NCBI GenBank assembly: GCA_051294375.1
Contig: CM119270.1
Span: 6,813,279-6,877,278, forward strand
Source of the DNA: Paraspadella gotoi
Lineage: Eukaryota > Animalia > Chaetognatha
Direction: 5' to 3'
Length of the DNA stretch: 64,000 nucleotides
In this document: one piece after another, positions 53,361 to 64,000 of the stretch
Layout: the number at the start of each line of letters is the position of its first letter
Position numbering within the stretch: position 1 is the stretch's first letter
Notes under the pieces: model-generated
Database searches by the model: none
What the model was told of the DNA's origin: nothing
The model's input: only the letters and a program-made list of their open reading frames with translations
Position numbers and translations under genes: made by a program

Positions 53361-54107
53361 TTCGTCCCTGACGGCAATGGCGCCGCAAAACCGAATTGCA
53401 GGATGGCATCGGCGTCACAACGGCGTCGTTTGAGAACAGCGAACTTCTCAAATGGCGTTCGAAATAGCATCTTAACCGGGATCTCTGAGTCTTTCAGTTG
53501 AGCTTTGGAGCTTTCACTCTTTGCCAGAAATGGACAGTGGCGTTCATAAAAAATAAAAAGACATGTTGATCCTGACTCCTGTCAGCTTTATTGGAATGAC
53601 TTTTATCCTTCAGGAGCTTCTCCCTTTTTAAATGGAGCTTCTTCCGTTCCCTGGAGCTAAGCATTCCCTGTCCCCTCGAGTGAAGCTTCACACTCCCCTG
53701 GAGTGGAGCTTTTCTCCTCCCCTTGAGTAGAGCGGCGCCCAAACTCTTCGCTCCAATTTCCTCGGCTTCGCAAAAACCACTCCATTAGCTCCTTAGGGGG
53801 AAGATGAGGAGGAGGAGTAGGAGGAGGAGGAGGAAGAGGATGAAATGAGTTTTTTTTTCCTTCGCTCTATTTTTCCCAGTGTTTCCCGTTCTTTTCTTCT
53901 TTTCCTCTCTTAATTCTTTTTTTTTTCATTTGGCTCCTTTATTTTCATCTTTTGTTCATTTTTTATTCCTACTATTTTCTCTTTCTTATAATTCCTTCTT
54001 AATCTATATACTCTTCTCCCTTTTTCCTTTCTTTCTTCTAGTATTTTCTAATATTTTCCATTTATTTTTACAATTTTTGAACGACTTAATTTTTTAGATT
54101 TCCTACC

Positions 54108-54190
54108 CGTATCCTCCTCTTCTATCCCCTCCCCACTCAACTTATCCTCCTCTTCTATCCTCCTCATCTATCCCCTCCCCACTTAACTTA
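54108..54190 (+). repeat. Short compound tandem repeat (TATCCTCCTCTTCTATCCCCTCCCCACTYAACT)
   Basis: Two longer units containing 13-bp subunits. Confidence 0.75.
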
Positions 54191-56426
54191 TTTGGTCCCT
54201 TCTCTTTTCTTTCACGCCTCTTTCATCCATACATTTCCTTCATTCATTATTTTAATGCAGCTCTCTCTCTCTCTCTCTCTCTCTCTCNNNNNNNNNNNNN
54301 NNNNNNNNNNNNNNNNNNNNNNNNNNNNNNNNNNNNNNNNNNNNNNNNNNNNNNNNNNNNNNNNNNNNNNNNNNNNNNNNNNNNNNNNNNNNNNNNNNNN
54401 NNNNNNNNNNNNNNNNNNNNNNNNNNNNNNNNNNNNTTTTTTAGAAGCAATTAGGGGCCTTCTACTGGCAAACGGCGAATGGCTAAGAGCGAATGGCGAA
54501 TTTGTAACTCATTTGCCACTACAATAATCTTAACTTGGCGGTAGGTTCCAGATTTCTAAAAATAATCTGGAATCAAGATTAAAACAAACTTTAAAAAAAC
54601 CACCAAAGTTTTTTTTTTCCTTTGGCTGAGCGCTCGGCTGTAAATTCTTTCAAATTAATATTCATCTTTCTCAATATTACTACCTTGAATTCCTTATTGT
54701 TTTTGTTTGTATTCCATTACTTATATTTTCCTTTCATCATGTATTTTAACTGATTGACTTTGTTATAAGGTTGGCTAAGCCTAAGTTTAATGAACTGTTG
54801 CGGTTGTTTATTCATGACCATTAACTTTGTGACATTTGTCGGCGATGTACTTCGAATTTCAAACTGTTTCTTCGCGAAAAGGTTTTGTTTTGAACTGTTT
54901 TGGCAAAATTTCTTTCTCGCTTGTCGATTTGTTCAAAAGTTTTTTTTCCAATTTTTTTTTTCTTATTTTGAAAATTCATTTCCGTCTGAGTCCCGATTCC
55001 CAAAATTTGAAAGAGAAAAAAATTGAAAAGATTTTCCTAAACGACTTTGTAGTTTCAAGTTTAAACTCAGTGGAACAAGAGTCGCAATGGAAAGTCTCTC
55101 TCCCTCTCTCTCTCTCTCTCTATGTGTCTTTCGTTTAACAACAACTAAAAAATAATTTTGGTAATTCTTTTTTAAAAATTTTTAGACTGTTTAAAATTTT
55201 GTCTGCCTTGCTTCAAACGTTATCACACAATTATTATCATATTTTTAACGAAAACTATATTGATTGCCGTCTTTAAACTCCGACCACTTTTAAATCTTAT
55301 TAGCGAATTTCATCCTCCTTCTATGCCGATAATAACAACAACAATGTAGCAGATTAATTTGTGAATTGTCTGAAATGAGATTGAGTTACAACAACAACAA
55401 CAACAACAACAACCATTTAAGCACTGTGCGCCGTTAACTAAGCGTCTCACGAAAATCACTGTGAGTTGTGTACCGTAATAACTCGCGACTCGACTCTTCA
55501 TTTGAATCCTTTCATCTTTGGATTGTCGAGCTTCTTCTCTCTCTCCTCTCTTTCTCACTCCTCGTTCTTCTCTCTCTCCTCCTCTCCTCCTCCTCCCTCC
55601 TCCTCTCCTTCTCTCTTCTCTCTCTCTCTCTCCTCTCTCTAACAGTGATATTTCATGAGCTTTGGTCGAGCACGTGGTGCGAAATGAGGTCAGCCACGCG
55701 CAACGTGCGTGTGAATCCTAGGAAGAGGAAACGCTACGCGTCGGTCTCCAGGTTTGCGTGCGACTTTTTAAGCTTGTGCGTGCAACTACGAAGTCTTGGG
55801 TGCCGTGTACGAACGTACGGGTCGCTTCTGCGCCGTCCTTCTGGTACGGGAGAGAATTAATAGTCGTGTATGTGGGGCGAAGTCGCAGGTGAATTAGGTT
55901 TGTAGGAAAGGGAGGTAGGGAATGGAAAAGAGGGAAAGAGGGAAGCTAATAATAGGGAGACAAAAAAAGGGGAGAACAAGAAAAAGGTGGGTTGAACTCG
56001 TAAGAGGGCAAGGGAGTGAGAGAAGAAAAAAGGGAGGAATGAACGGAAATTAGTGAATTTGTGAACGTGAGAGGGGAACGACTTATACGAAATAAGATAT
56101 ACAGGGAGAGAGGAGGAGGAGGGGAAGGGCCGTGGGCGGCCCCGTCGGCTCGAAGTCCTCGACTCTAAACACCATTTATTTCCGGAGTTTCGGACACCTG
56201 GGGACTGCAGGTGCAGGGCCATGACAGGTGATCGGGGGTGAGGGTTCCGACGGGGGGGGACATGGGTCAAGAATAGAAGGTACAGACCTCGAGAAGGTCA
56301 CGAATAGAGACTTGCCTAGGGCGGGAAAGGGTAANNNNNNNNNNNNNNNNNNNNNNNNTCCCATTCGTCCTTCATCTCCGAGGTATTTGTTTCCAGAAGA
56401 TAAGTCGTTTCTTTGCCTTCATCATC

Positions 56427-56492
56427 GGGGATGTAATTGCTGACTGAAGGATGGATCACCTCAACCGGATGTAATTGCTGAATGAAGGATGA
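56427..56492 (+). repeat. Direct repeat GGATGTAATTGCTGAMTGAAGGATG x2 (~39 bp period)
   Basis: Copies at ~56429 and ~56468. Confidence 0.8.
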
Positions 56493-56819
56493 ATATCTGC
56501 ATAAAGGAAGAATTAGAATTAGAATTAGAATTTCTGAATTGGAATTTCTGAATTCCTGTACTATCAAAACTAAAGATCTCATGCACTTTTATTTTTTTAC
56601 CTTTCTGTTTTAAAAATAGTTCGGATAAGGAAGCATTAGTTCATTAATTAGTTATAAATCGTTCAAACGTTGATGTTTAACTGACGTTTCATCGCCATCG
56701 AAAGGAAGAATAGCTATAGAATCCAACCGGACCCGATCGCATCTTGGTTACCGGAACCGGACGAGAATGGCACCTCAGGGATTCATATTAATGAAGGTAA
56801 TTCGACCAGGGACTGGGAG

Positions 56820-56840
56820 GACGACGACGACGACGACGAG

Positions 56841-56873
<33 letters not shown>

Positions 56874-56888
56874 CAGGACGACGACGAC
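56820..56888 (+). repeat. (GAC)n microsatellite
   Basis: Trinucleotide run with few interruptions. Confidence 0.95.
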
Positions 56889-58005
56889 TATGATGATAGA
56901 CGAGGTTGGCTGCGCTGATGACGACGACTATGACTCTAAACAATGAGCGATTCTCTGAACTGTTTTTGGTTTAGTATTAATGAGTATGTTACTGTTTGCA
57001 TATAATTACTAATTTAAAATTCTTCACATTTGTACGAACAGTGAGGCTTAATCTTCTAGGTTTTACCAAAAACCTAACTCGCCGTAAAATGTTTACCAAA
57101 AACAGGCGCTACGGTACGAAATGGCTAAAGCAAACTTTTCGGTCGGCCCCTCGGCCCACGCCCATGTTTGCTCTTTTCATCCGGGGAGCTTTTTTTGTTT
57201 TTTTTACTTTTTTTTATTGAAGAAAAAAAATTGAAAAATAAAGCTAAAATGTTTTTCTTTATCGGGAACCGCCCAACAAATGGGCCGAGCTACGCCCTTA
57301 CCGCCCAATGCTCTCACCGCCCAATGTCTTCAGGGCCCAACCTCTTCATAACCAAGCCCCCTCACGGCCGAAATTCGTTTACGCAGGCGCCTTCGCCTGA
57401 CGCCACTTTTCTCCCTCCGCCAGGCGTCGTCCTTCCTTTCCTCCATTGATGCGCATTGTTCTGTCTTCATCTTCCGCTGCAAATCGACAACAACAACAAC
57501 AATGATCGCATCCGGTTTGACATTCGCTGTCGCCCTCTACTTTTTTTTTTTTGTATTGTTTTATTATTTCGGCGGTTCGCTATTGTGATTTTTTTTTTAT
57601 CTTTTTCATGCAAATAATTTTCCTTTATAGGTTATCTTTACTCCAGCATTTTTTGTTTTAATTCTTTTCATTCGATTTTTATCTTTGTTCGTTTTTATCG
57701 AATTTTTCCGGTTGGCTCAAACACTCCCTCCTCAGCCTCACCCTGGCTGCTCCTCTTTCTCCCCTTTTACCTTTCAACTTTCTCTTTTCCTTTTTCTTTT
57801 TTTCTTTCTCCCTTTTTATCCCCTCATTCCCATTCCTCTCCCTTTTTTTCCTTTATTCCTTATTAATCGAGCGACGTTTATTTATTCATGAATATTTTAT
57901 GTTCCTCTTTATCTTTTCTTTTACTCTCTTATGTTTCGCGCCCTTCGGCTCGAGGGAGCCTTGGGTTCTCCGCCTTTAGCGTCAACATAGTGGCCATATT
58001 TTCTT

Positions 58006-58042
<37 letters not shown>

Positions 58043-58224
58043 CTCTCTCTCCTAGTCTCTCGTCTCGTCGTCCTCTGCCTTCTCTTCTCTTCTCTCTCTT
58101 CGCTCTCTCTGCTCTCTCTTCGTTCTTAAACTGTTTTCGTAAAAAAGCATTTCCCCACCCCGTTCTCGCCTTTTTCTGAGGTAAAGCCGACTTTTCTTGA
58201 ATACAAAATGGATGTAAAATAATT

Positions 58225-58239
<15 letters not shown>

Positions 58240-58261
<22 letters not shown>

Positions 58262-59915
58262 TCTCTCTCATCTCTCCTCTCTCTCGACTCTCTCTCTCTC
58301 TCTTTCTTTCATAGCGCAGCAAGGCGCGTAGGAATTTTTTTTTCGAATCTGAAAAGTTCGACGCCAAATAATTTTTCTTCATTCTATTGAATGCCTCGAA
58401 TTAGCGGGGAGAGGGAACGATGATGACGACGACGACGATGACAATGACGACGACGAAGACAAAAAAATATAATAGAACAACGATCATTCTTATACAACGG
58501 CCATAAAATCAACGTAGTAAAAGACATTTTTAAAATTTAGGTATCCTATAATATAGTATAAAATGGTATAAAATAGTATAAAATGGTCCATACTTGTGCG
58601 CATATTCATTATAATGAATTAAAGTTTTTCGATGTGGTATTAGAGCTGTAAGCTTTTCTTAATAGACACTACCATTGGGACACTCTGTATTTTATTGATA
58701 AATACATAAATGACAAAGACGACGACCTCGATTCTTGTTTACAAAACCATAACGACAACAACGACAACATAACGACAACAACGACGACAACAACGACGAC
58801 AAAAACTCCCCCCCCCCCGGCGACTCTGGATTATTCTCCGTTTGTCTTCTCAGAGGAAAAAAAGGAAATTAGATCGGAAATCGTTTGTAATTAATCCTCG
58901 TTGGTTCCTTCTCTTTCTTCTCTATTCTTTTCTTTCTTCTCTTCTCTTTTCTTCTCTTTTCTCTTTTTTCTTTTTTTATTTTCCCTTTCTTTCTTTTTTT
59001 TTGCCCTACTTCTGCCTGTTCATCTTTCCCCCCTTTATCCTAAAGTTTAGGATAAATGGAAGGAATAATAATGAGAATGAAGATTAGATTTCGGATGGAA
59101 ATGAAGATAGAAAAAATAATGAGAATGAAGATTAAACTGAGGATAAAAAAGAGAACAAAGACGGGACTGAGTGTGAGAATTTGGACTTATAATGATAATA
59201 AAGATAAATTAAAACCTCATCGAAGAAGCATCAGTGACATAAAAAAATAAGCTAATAGTGTAGAAGTCAACTGTTAAGATAAAGTACAAAATAATATGGT
59301 TAAAAAATTAGTTGATTCTTTTTTTGTTGGCGAAATTGGTTCTGTTTCTTGATGTTCATATTTTTTTTCGCTTTGTGGTCCCCCGATTTNNNNNNNNNNN
59401 NNNNNNNNNNNNNNNNNNNNNNNNNNNNNNNNNNNNNNNNNNNNNNNNNNNNNNNNNNNNNNNNNNNNNNNNNNNNNNNNNNNNNNNNNNNNNNNNNNNN
59501 NNNNNNNNNNNNNNNNNNNNNNNNNNNNNNNNNNNNNNNNNNNNNNNNNNNNNNNNNNNNNNNNNNNNNNNNNNNNNNNNNNNNNNNNNNNNNNNNNNNN
59601 NNNNNNNNNNNNNNNNNNNNNNNNNNNNNNNNNNNNNNNNNNNNNNNNNNNNNNNNNNNNNNNNNNNNNNNNNNNNNNNNNNNNNNNNNNNNNNNNNNNN
59701 NNNNNNNNNNNNNNNNNNNNNNNNNNNNNNNNNNNNNNNNNNNNNNNCTCTCTCTCTCCCCTTCTACCACAACAAAATTCAAACGCTTCCCCTTTGTTAA
59801 TGGACGAACGCGCGACGTCGTGTGGGCGTGGAGTCGTTTTCTCCTCCTCTTCCCGAGTTTTTAATGAGGAGGAGGAAAAAAGAAAAAAAANNNNNNNNNN
59901 NNNNNNNNNNNNNNN

Positions 59916-59961
<46 letters not shown>

Positions 59962-61460
59962 AGAGAGAGAGAGAGATTGCGAGAGGACGATGCCACGTGG
60001 TCGAAAGGGACAAAATCGGGGGACCACAAAGCGAAAAAAATATGAACATTCAAGAAACAGAACCAATTTCGCCAACAAAAAAAGAATCAACTAATTTTTT
60101 AACCATATTATTTGTACTTTTCATTAACAGTTTGAACTTCTAACACTTATTAGCTTATTTTTTTATGTCACTGATGCTTCTTCGATGAGGTTTTAATTTA
60201 TCTTTATTATCATTATAAGTCCAAATTCTCACACTCAGTCCCGTCTTTGTTCTCTTTTTTATCCTTCAGTTTTAATCTTCATTCTCATTATTTTTTCTAT
60301 CTTCATTTCCATCCGAAATCTTAATCTTCATTCTCATATTATCCTTCCATTCTATCCTAAAACTTTAGGATAAGAGGAGCTAGAAAGATGGAACAGACGA
60401 AGTATGGGCGAAAAAAAGAAGGAAAATAAAAAAAGAAAAGAGAAAAAGAAACGATATAAGAGAAGAGAGAAGAAGAAAGAATAGAAGAAGAAAGAGAAGG
60501 AACCACGAGGGATTAATTACAAACGATTTCGATCTAATTTCTTTTTTTCCTCTGAGAAGACAAAACGGAGAATAATCCAGAGTCGCCGGGGGGGGGGAGT
60601 TTTGTCGTCGTTGTTTCCGTCGTTGTTAGTCCGTGATGTTGTCGTTGTTGTCGTTATGGTTTTGTTAAACAAGCCAAATCGAGGTCGTCGTCTTTTGCTA
60701 TTTATGTTTTATTCAATAAAATACAGATGTTCCCAAATGGTAGTGTCTATTAAGAAAGCTTTACAGCTCCAATACCACAGTGCGAAAACTTTAATTCATT
60801 ATATGAATATTGCGCACAAGTATGGACAGTTTTATAGATAACCTAATTTTAATAAATTGAACAAGCAACACGGTAGTTTTCATAATGCAATTGTAAAAAA
60901 AATTCAGTGATTTAAAAAAAATCCTTAAATTATTATTTTTAATAATTTATCAATATTTTTTAACATATTGATTAAATATGCTTTAAATCTTTCTTTAGAT
61001 GCAGGACAGTAAGACTACCTGTCATATTTGAATGTTCAGCAAAGAAAAATTGATGAAAATTGAATCGAAAATATAGTATATATACATGGTAAGAAATTAT
61101 CTTTAAAACACAACACTTACGCAGATAAATGTAAGTTAACCGACAGTACCATAGGGCACACATGTCGTTAAACCCTCGTTGTTTTTGGCCGTGTGTAAAT
61201 ATGATTCGTTGTTCTAATTATATTTTTTTGTCTTCGTCGTCGTCATTGTCATCGGTCGTCGTCCGTCATCATCGTTCCCTCTCCCGCTAATTCGAGGCAT
61301 TCAATAGAATTGAAGAAAAATTATTTGGCGGTCGGAACTTTTGTCAGAATTCGAAAAAAAATTCTAAGCGCTGTGGGCTAGAGGAGAGAGAGAGAGAGGA
61401 GAGAGGAGACGAGAGAGAGGAGAAGCCAAAGAGAGAGAGACAGGGAGAGAGAGAGAGAGA
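58240..61460. repeat. Large inverted duplication: ~58240-59389 vs 60012-~61460, flanking two gaps
   Basis: TTCGCTTTGTGGTCCCCCGATTT (59367) vs AAATCGGGGGACCACAAAGCGAA (60013). CCCCGGCGACTCTGGATTATTCTCCGTTTG (58815) vs AACGGAGAATAATCCAGAGTCGCCGGGG (60564). ATTCTATTGAATGCCTCGAATTAGCGGG (58381) vs CCCGCTAATTCGAGGCATTCAATAGAAT (61283). Confidence 0.93.
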
Positions 61461-61948
61461 GAGAGCAGAGAGAGAGACTCTCGTTGCTAAATTATGAGCT
61501 TTGCAATGTGATTGCTGTGAAAAACTCGGTTTAAGCTTCACTAAAAAAAAAAACGAGAAAAAACGTCTTCTAACTTTTGAACAGAAAACCTGATTTTCCA
61601 CGAAAATCAAATTCTTTAGTCGGAAATGTTTTTTTTTTTTTACTCTTAAAAACCTTTTTTGAAGTGAAAAGCCAAATTGCGAATAATCACGTTTCCCGTT
61701 ACGTCACTTCTTTTACATCTAAATCGTTGTTAATGTTTCTGTCGATGCAGTTGTTGATATTTTGGTCTTTATTAAAAGCATCAGCCTTGCTCTGCTTATG
61801 CTTTTATTTCCCAAATTCCCTTTTTGCATTATTTGCTTCCTCCAAGTCTTTCTTAAATCGTTTCTTCAATTCTGGTCTCTTTTGTCGGATTCCGCGTCGC
61901 GACTTCATCCTTCATCTCTCCCCCAGTTTTCCCGCCATTTTCCGCCTC

Positions 61949-61988
61949 CATCCGTCAACATCTGTCAACATTTGTCAACATCCGTCAA
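61949..61988 (+). repeat. 10-bp tandem repeat (CATYYGTCAA) x4
   Basis: CATCCGTCAA CATCTGTCAA CATTTGTCAA CATCCGTCAA. Confidence 0.9.
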
Positions 61989-62611
61989 CTCGATTTGACA
62001 AAGTTCGTTTACGACGTATAATGAACTCTGGATTTCCCAGTGGCGCCTTACCGAGCTTTAACATCTACGTTAATTCTATTCTATCTTAATGTAACGAGAC
62101 AATTCAACGATTAGAATATTAGTTTTTCATAAATCTTAAAAAACGCTTTCCCAAGCAGCGTTTCTATATCCGAGTGTCCTTTTGTCTATTTTCACCCAAA
62201 ACGTTTGAAAAACTTTCAACCGTAATAGCGTCTTTGAAAATTTACCCACGGCAGCCGAATCGACCGCGGAATTCGGTCGTAAGCCCCCGTATCGGACCAC
62301 CAATCTGTCCCTCTTATAAAACCACCCACTCGCGAACTCAACTACCGCCCACCTTCCCCCCCCACACACCCCTCTCTTCCCAACCCACTCTATTATCCCT
62401 CGAGACGCTCATTTTTTTTTTTGCTTTTAAGAAGAGTGAGTTTTTCTTTTGCTGAAAAAGAAAAGAAAAATAAGGGTTTTTTTTCATCAGATTTTTTTTC
62501 TTTTTTTATTCTTTTAATGGATTCTTAGGAGATCGAGCGACGAGCAAAGTTTTCACGAGGATTTTCTCCATGATGATTTTGTTGTAAAAAAAAAGTCGTC
62601 GGATTTCTTAC

Positions 62612-62678
62612 GTATGGTATGGTATGGTAAGGTATGGTATGGTATGGTATGGTATCGTATGGAATGGTATGGTAAGGT
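62612..62678 (+). repeat. (GTATG)n pentanucleotide microsatellite
   Basis: About 13 units with single substitutions. Confidence 0.95.
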
Positions 62679-63059
62679 TAAGCCACCTCCACACTGTCCG
62701 TCTTCAGCCTCAGCGGAATTAATTTTCTTGTCTCGACTCTCGACGGTCCTTCCCCAGCTTTTTCGATTCTGGCTAAAATGTGACGAGACCGTTTTAAACA
62801 TGCCAGCGACGTGAGGCCGTCGATGTGGGTCCTCAGTGTCTACGCCAACTGGTGAGATACTCCACGCCCCGGAACTCACCGGCAATTCCTCCGTTGCCGT
62901 CGTGCTCCGTTTAAGAAAGGATTTTACGGTGAGTTAGTTGTAATGTTTCGTTGTTTTAGTATAATAATTAATATAATTTCTCTCTTCATTGTCAAGATTT
63001 TATCTCTTCGATGGTGCCTTTTCTTTTCGGTTTAACTGTTGTTATCGTGATATTAACCG

Positions 63060-63325
63060 TTGCCGCCGTAGTCACCGTCATCATCGTCGTCGTCACCGTC
63101 ATCATCTTTTTCGTCACCGTCATCATCCTCGTCGTCACTGTCGTCATCTCCATCTCGTCGTCATTGCTGTCATCATTTTCATAAATCATATAATAGTTTC
63201 AATACGATCCTCACGTTTTAACATTGTCATCGTCATTACCATCGTCATCATCGTCATCTTCGACGGCCTCATCGTCGTCATCGTCTTCTTCGTCGTCGTT
63301 GTTGTCGTCTTCGTCATCCTCGTAC
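63060..63325 (+). repeat. Degenerate (GTC/ATC)n trinucleotide tract
   Basis: CGTCATCATCGTCGTC periodicity. Confidence 0.85.
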
Positions 63326-63432
63326 TTGATATTCGTCCCAACGCCTCCCTCTCACTTCGCGACGCCTCGTTAAAAGATTTTCCAGTCTCCTTATCATTTT
63401 TATCTCTCCCTCCCTACCTCCCTACCACCTTC

Positions 63433-63471
<39 letters not shown>

Positions 63472-64000
63472 TTTTTCTGATTCTTGCTTCTTTCCATTCT
63501 ATCTTTCTTTATTTCTCTTCTTATCCTTCTTCTTTTCCGCCATTTTTACAACAATTTTCAATTTTCTCTTCTTCATCACATCATTTCTCAATTTTTCATC
63601 TATATCCATTATTCTTCCTCTCCCTCCCTCTCCATCCCCCTCCCTCTCACCCTTCCTCCCTCCTCCCCCTCCTTCCCCTCCCCCCTCCGCCCCGCCCTCC
63701 CCCTCCTTTTCCCTCTCTTCCCAGAAATTATCGTTGTACTCTTTTTAAAAAAAATCCTTTCTAACTTTTATTTTTGCATTAATTGTGAGCGTTACTCATT
63801 CAATATCCATTTATCACGACCCTTTTTTACGCTTAAAAATTTGCATTCGATTTTCGTAAGTAGATGTACAATGTTTTTTTTTAGAGTCGTTGTCGTCGTC
63901 GTTGTCGTCGTCGTTGTTGTTGTTCTCCTCTTCGTCCTTCTTTTTGTTGTTGACTCCGAGGAATTTGTGTTAAAAAAAAAAAAAAAAAAATAAGGATTTC

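Noticed and set aside
55773-55782. miR-210-like CTTGTGCGTG
   Set aside because: A 10-nt match only. The rest diverges and the local hairpin is short and G.U-heavy.

Overview
This is non-coding eukaryotic DNA, most likely from an invertebrate animal (inferred from the absence of obvious CpG depletion and the dense (AG)n, (CAT)n and (GTC)n microsatellites), in a draft assembly patched with error-rich long reads. I cannot support any protein-coding gene. The long ORFs are translations of microsatellite or purine/pyrimidine tracts. Much of the apparent structure is redundancy: direct or inverted duplicate blocks, usually next to 25-N gaps. Comparing these copies gives filled and empty sites for two mobile elements. 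One is a ~2.9 kb Helentron/DINE-1-like non-autonomous element (1601-4470, empty site at ~9195). The other is a ~660 bp TA-flanked MITE with ~30 bp TIRs (48631-49292, empty site at ~52015). Also present are a tRNA-derived SINE-like element (~31800-31987, minus strand) and a ~2.4 kb array of ~32 copies of a ~70 bp unit (28532-30938). The minus strand of that unit folds into a G.U-containing rod/hairpin and starts with a tRNA-like A box; this is the most unusual signal in the window. Several CpG-rich islands carry motif clusters (E-boxes, CTCF-like, CDE-CHR-like), which remain speculative. No CRISPR array, rRNA or intact tRNA is supported. Coordinates and copy counts were read by eye and are approximate.
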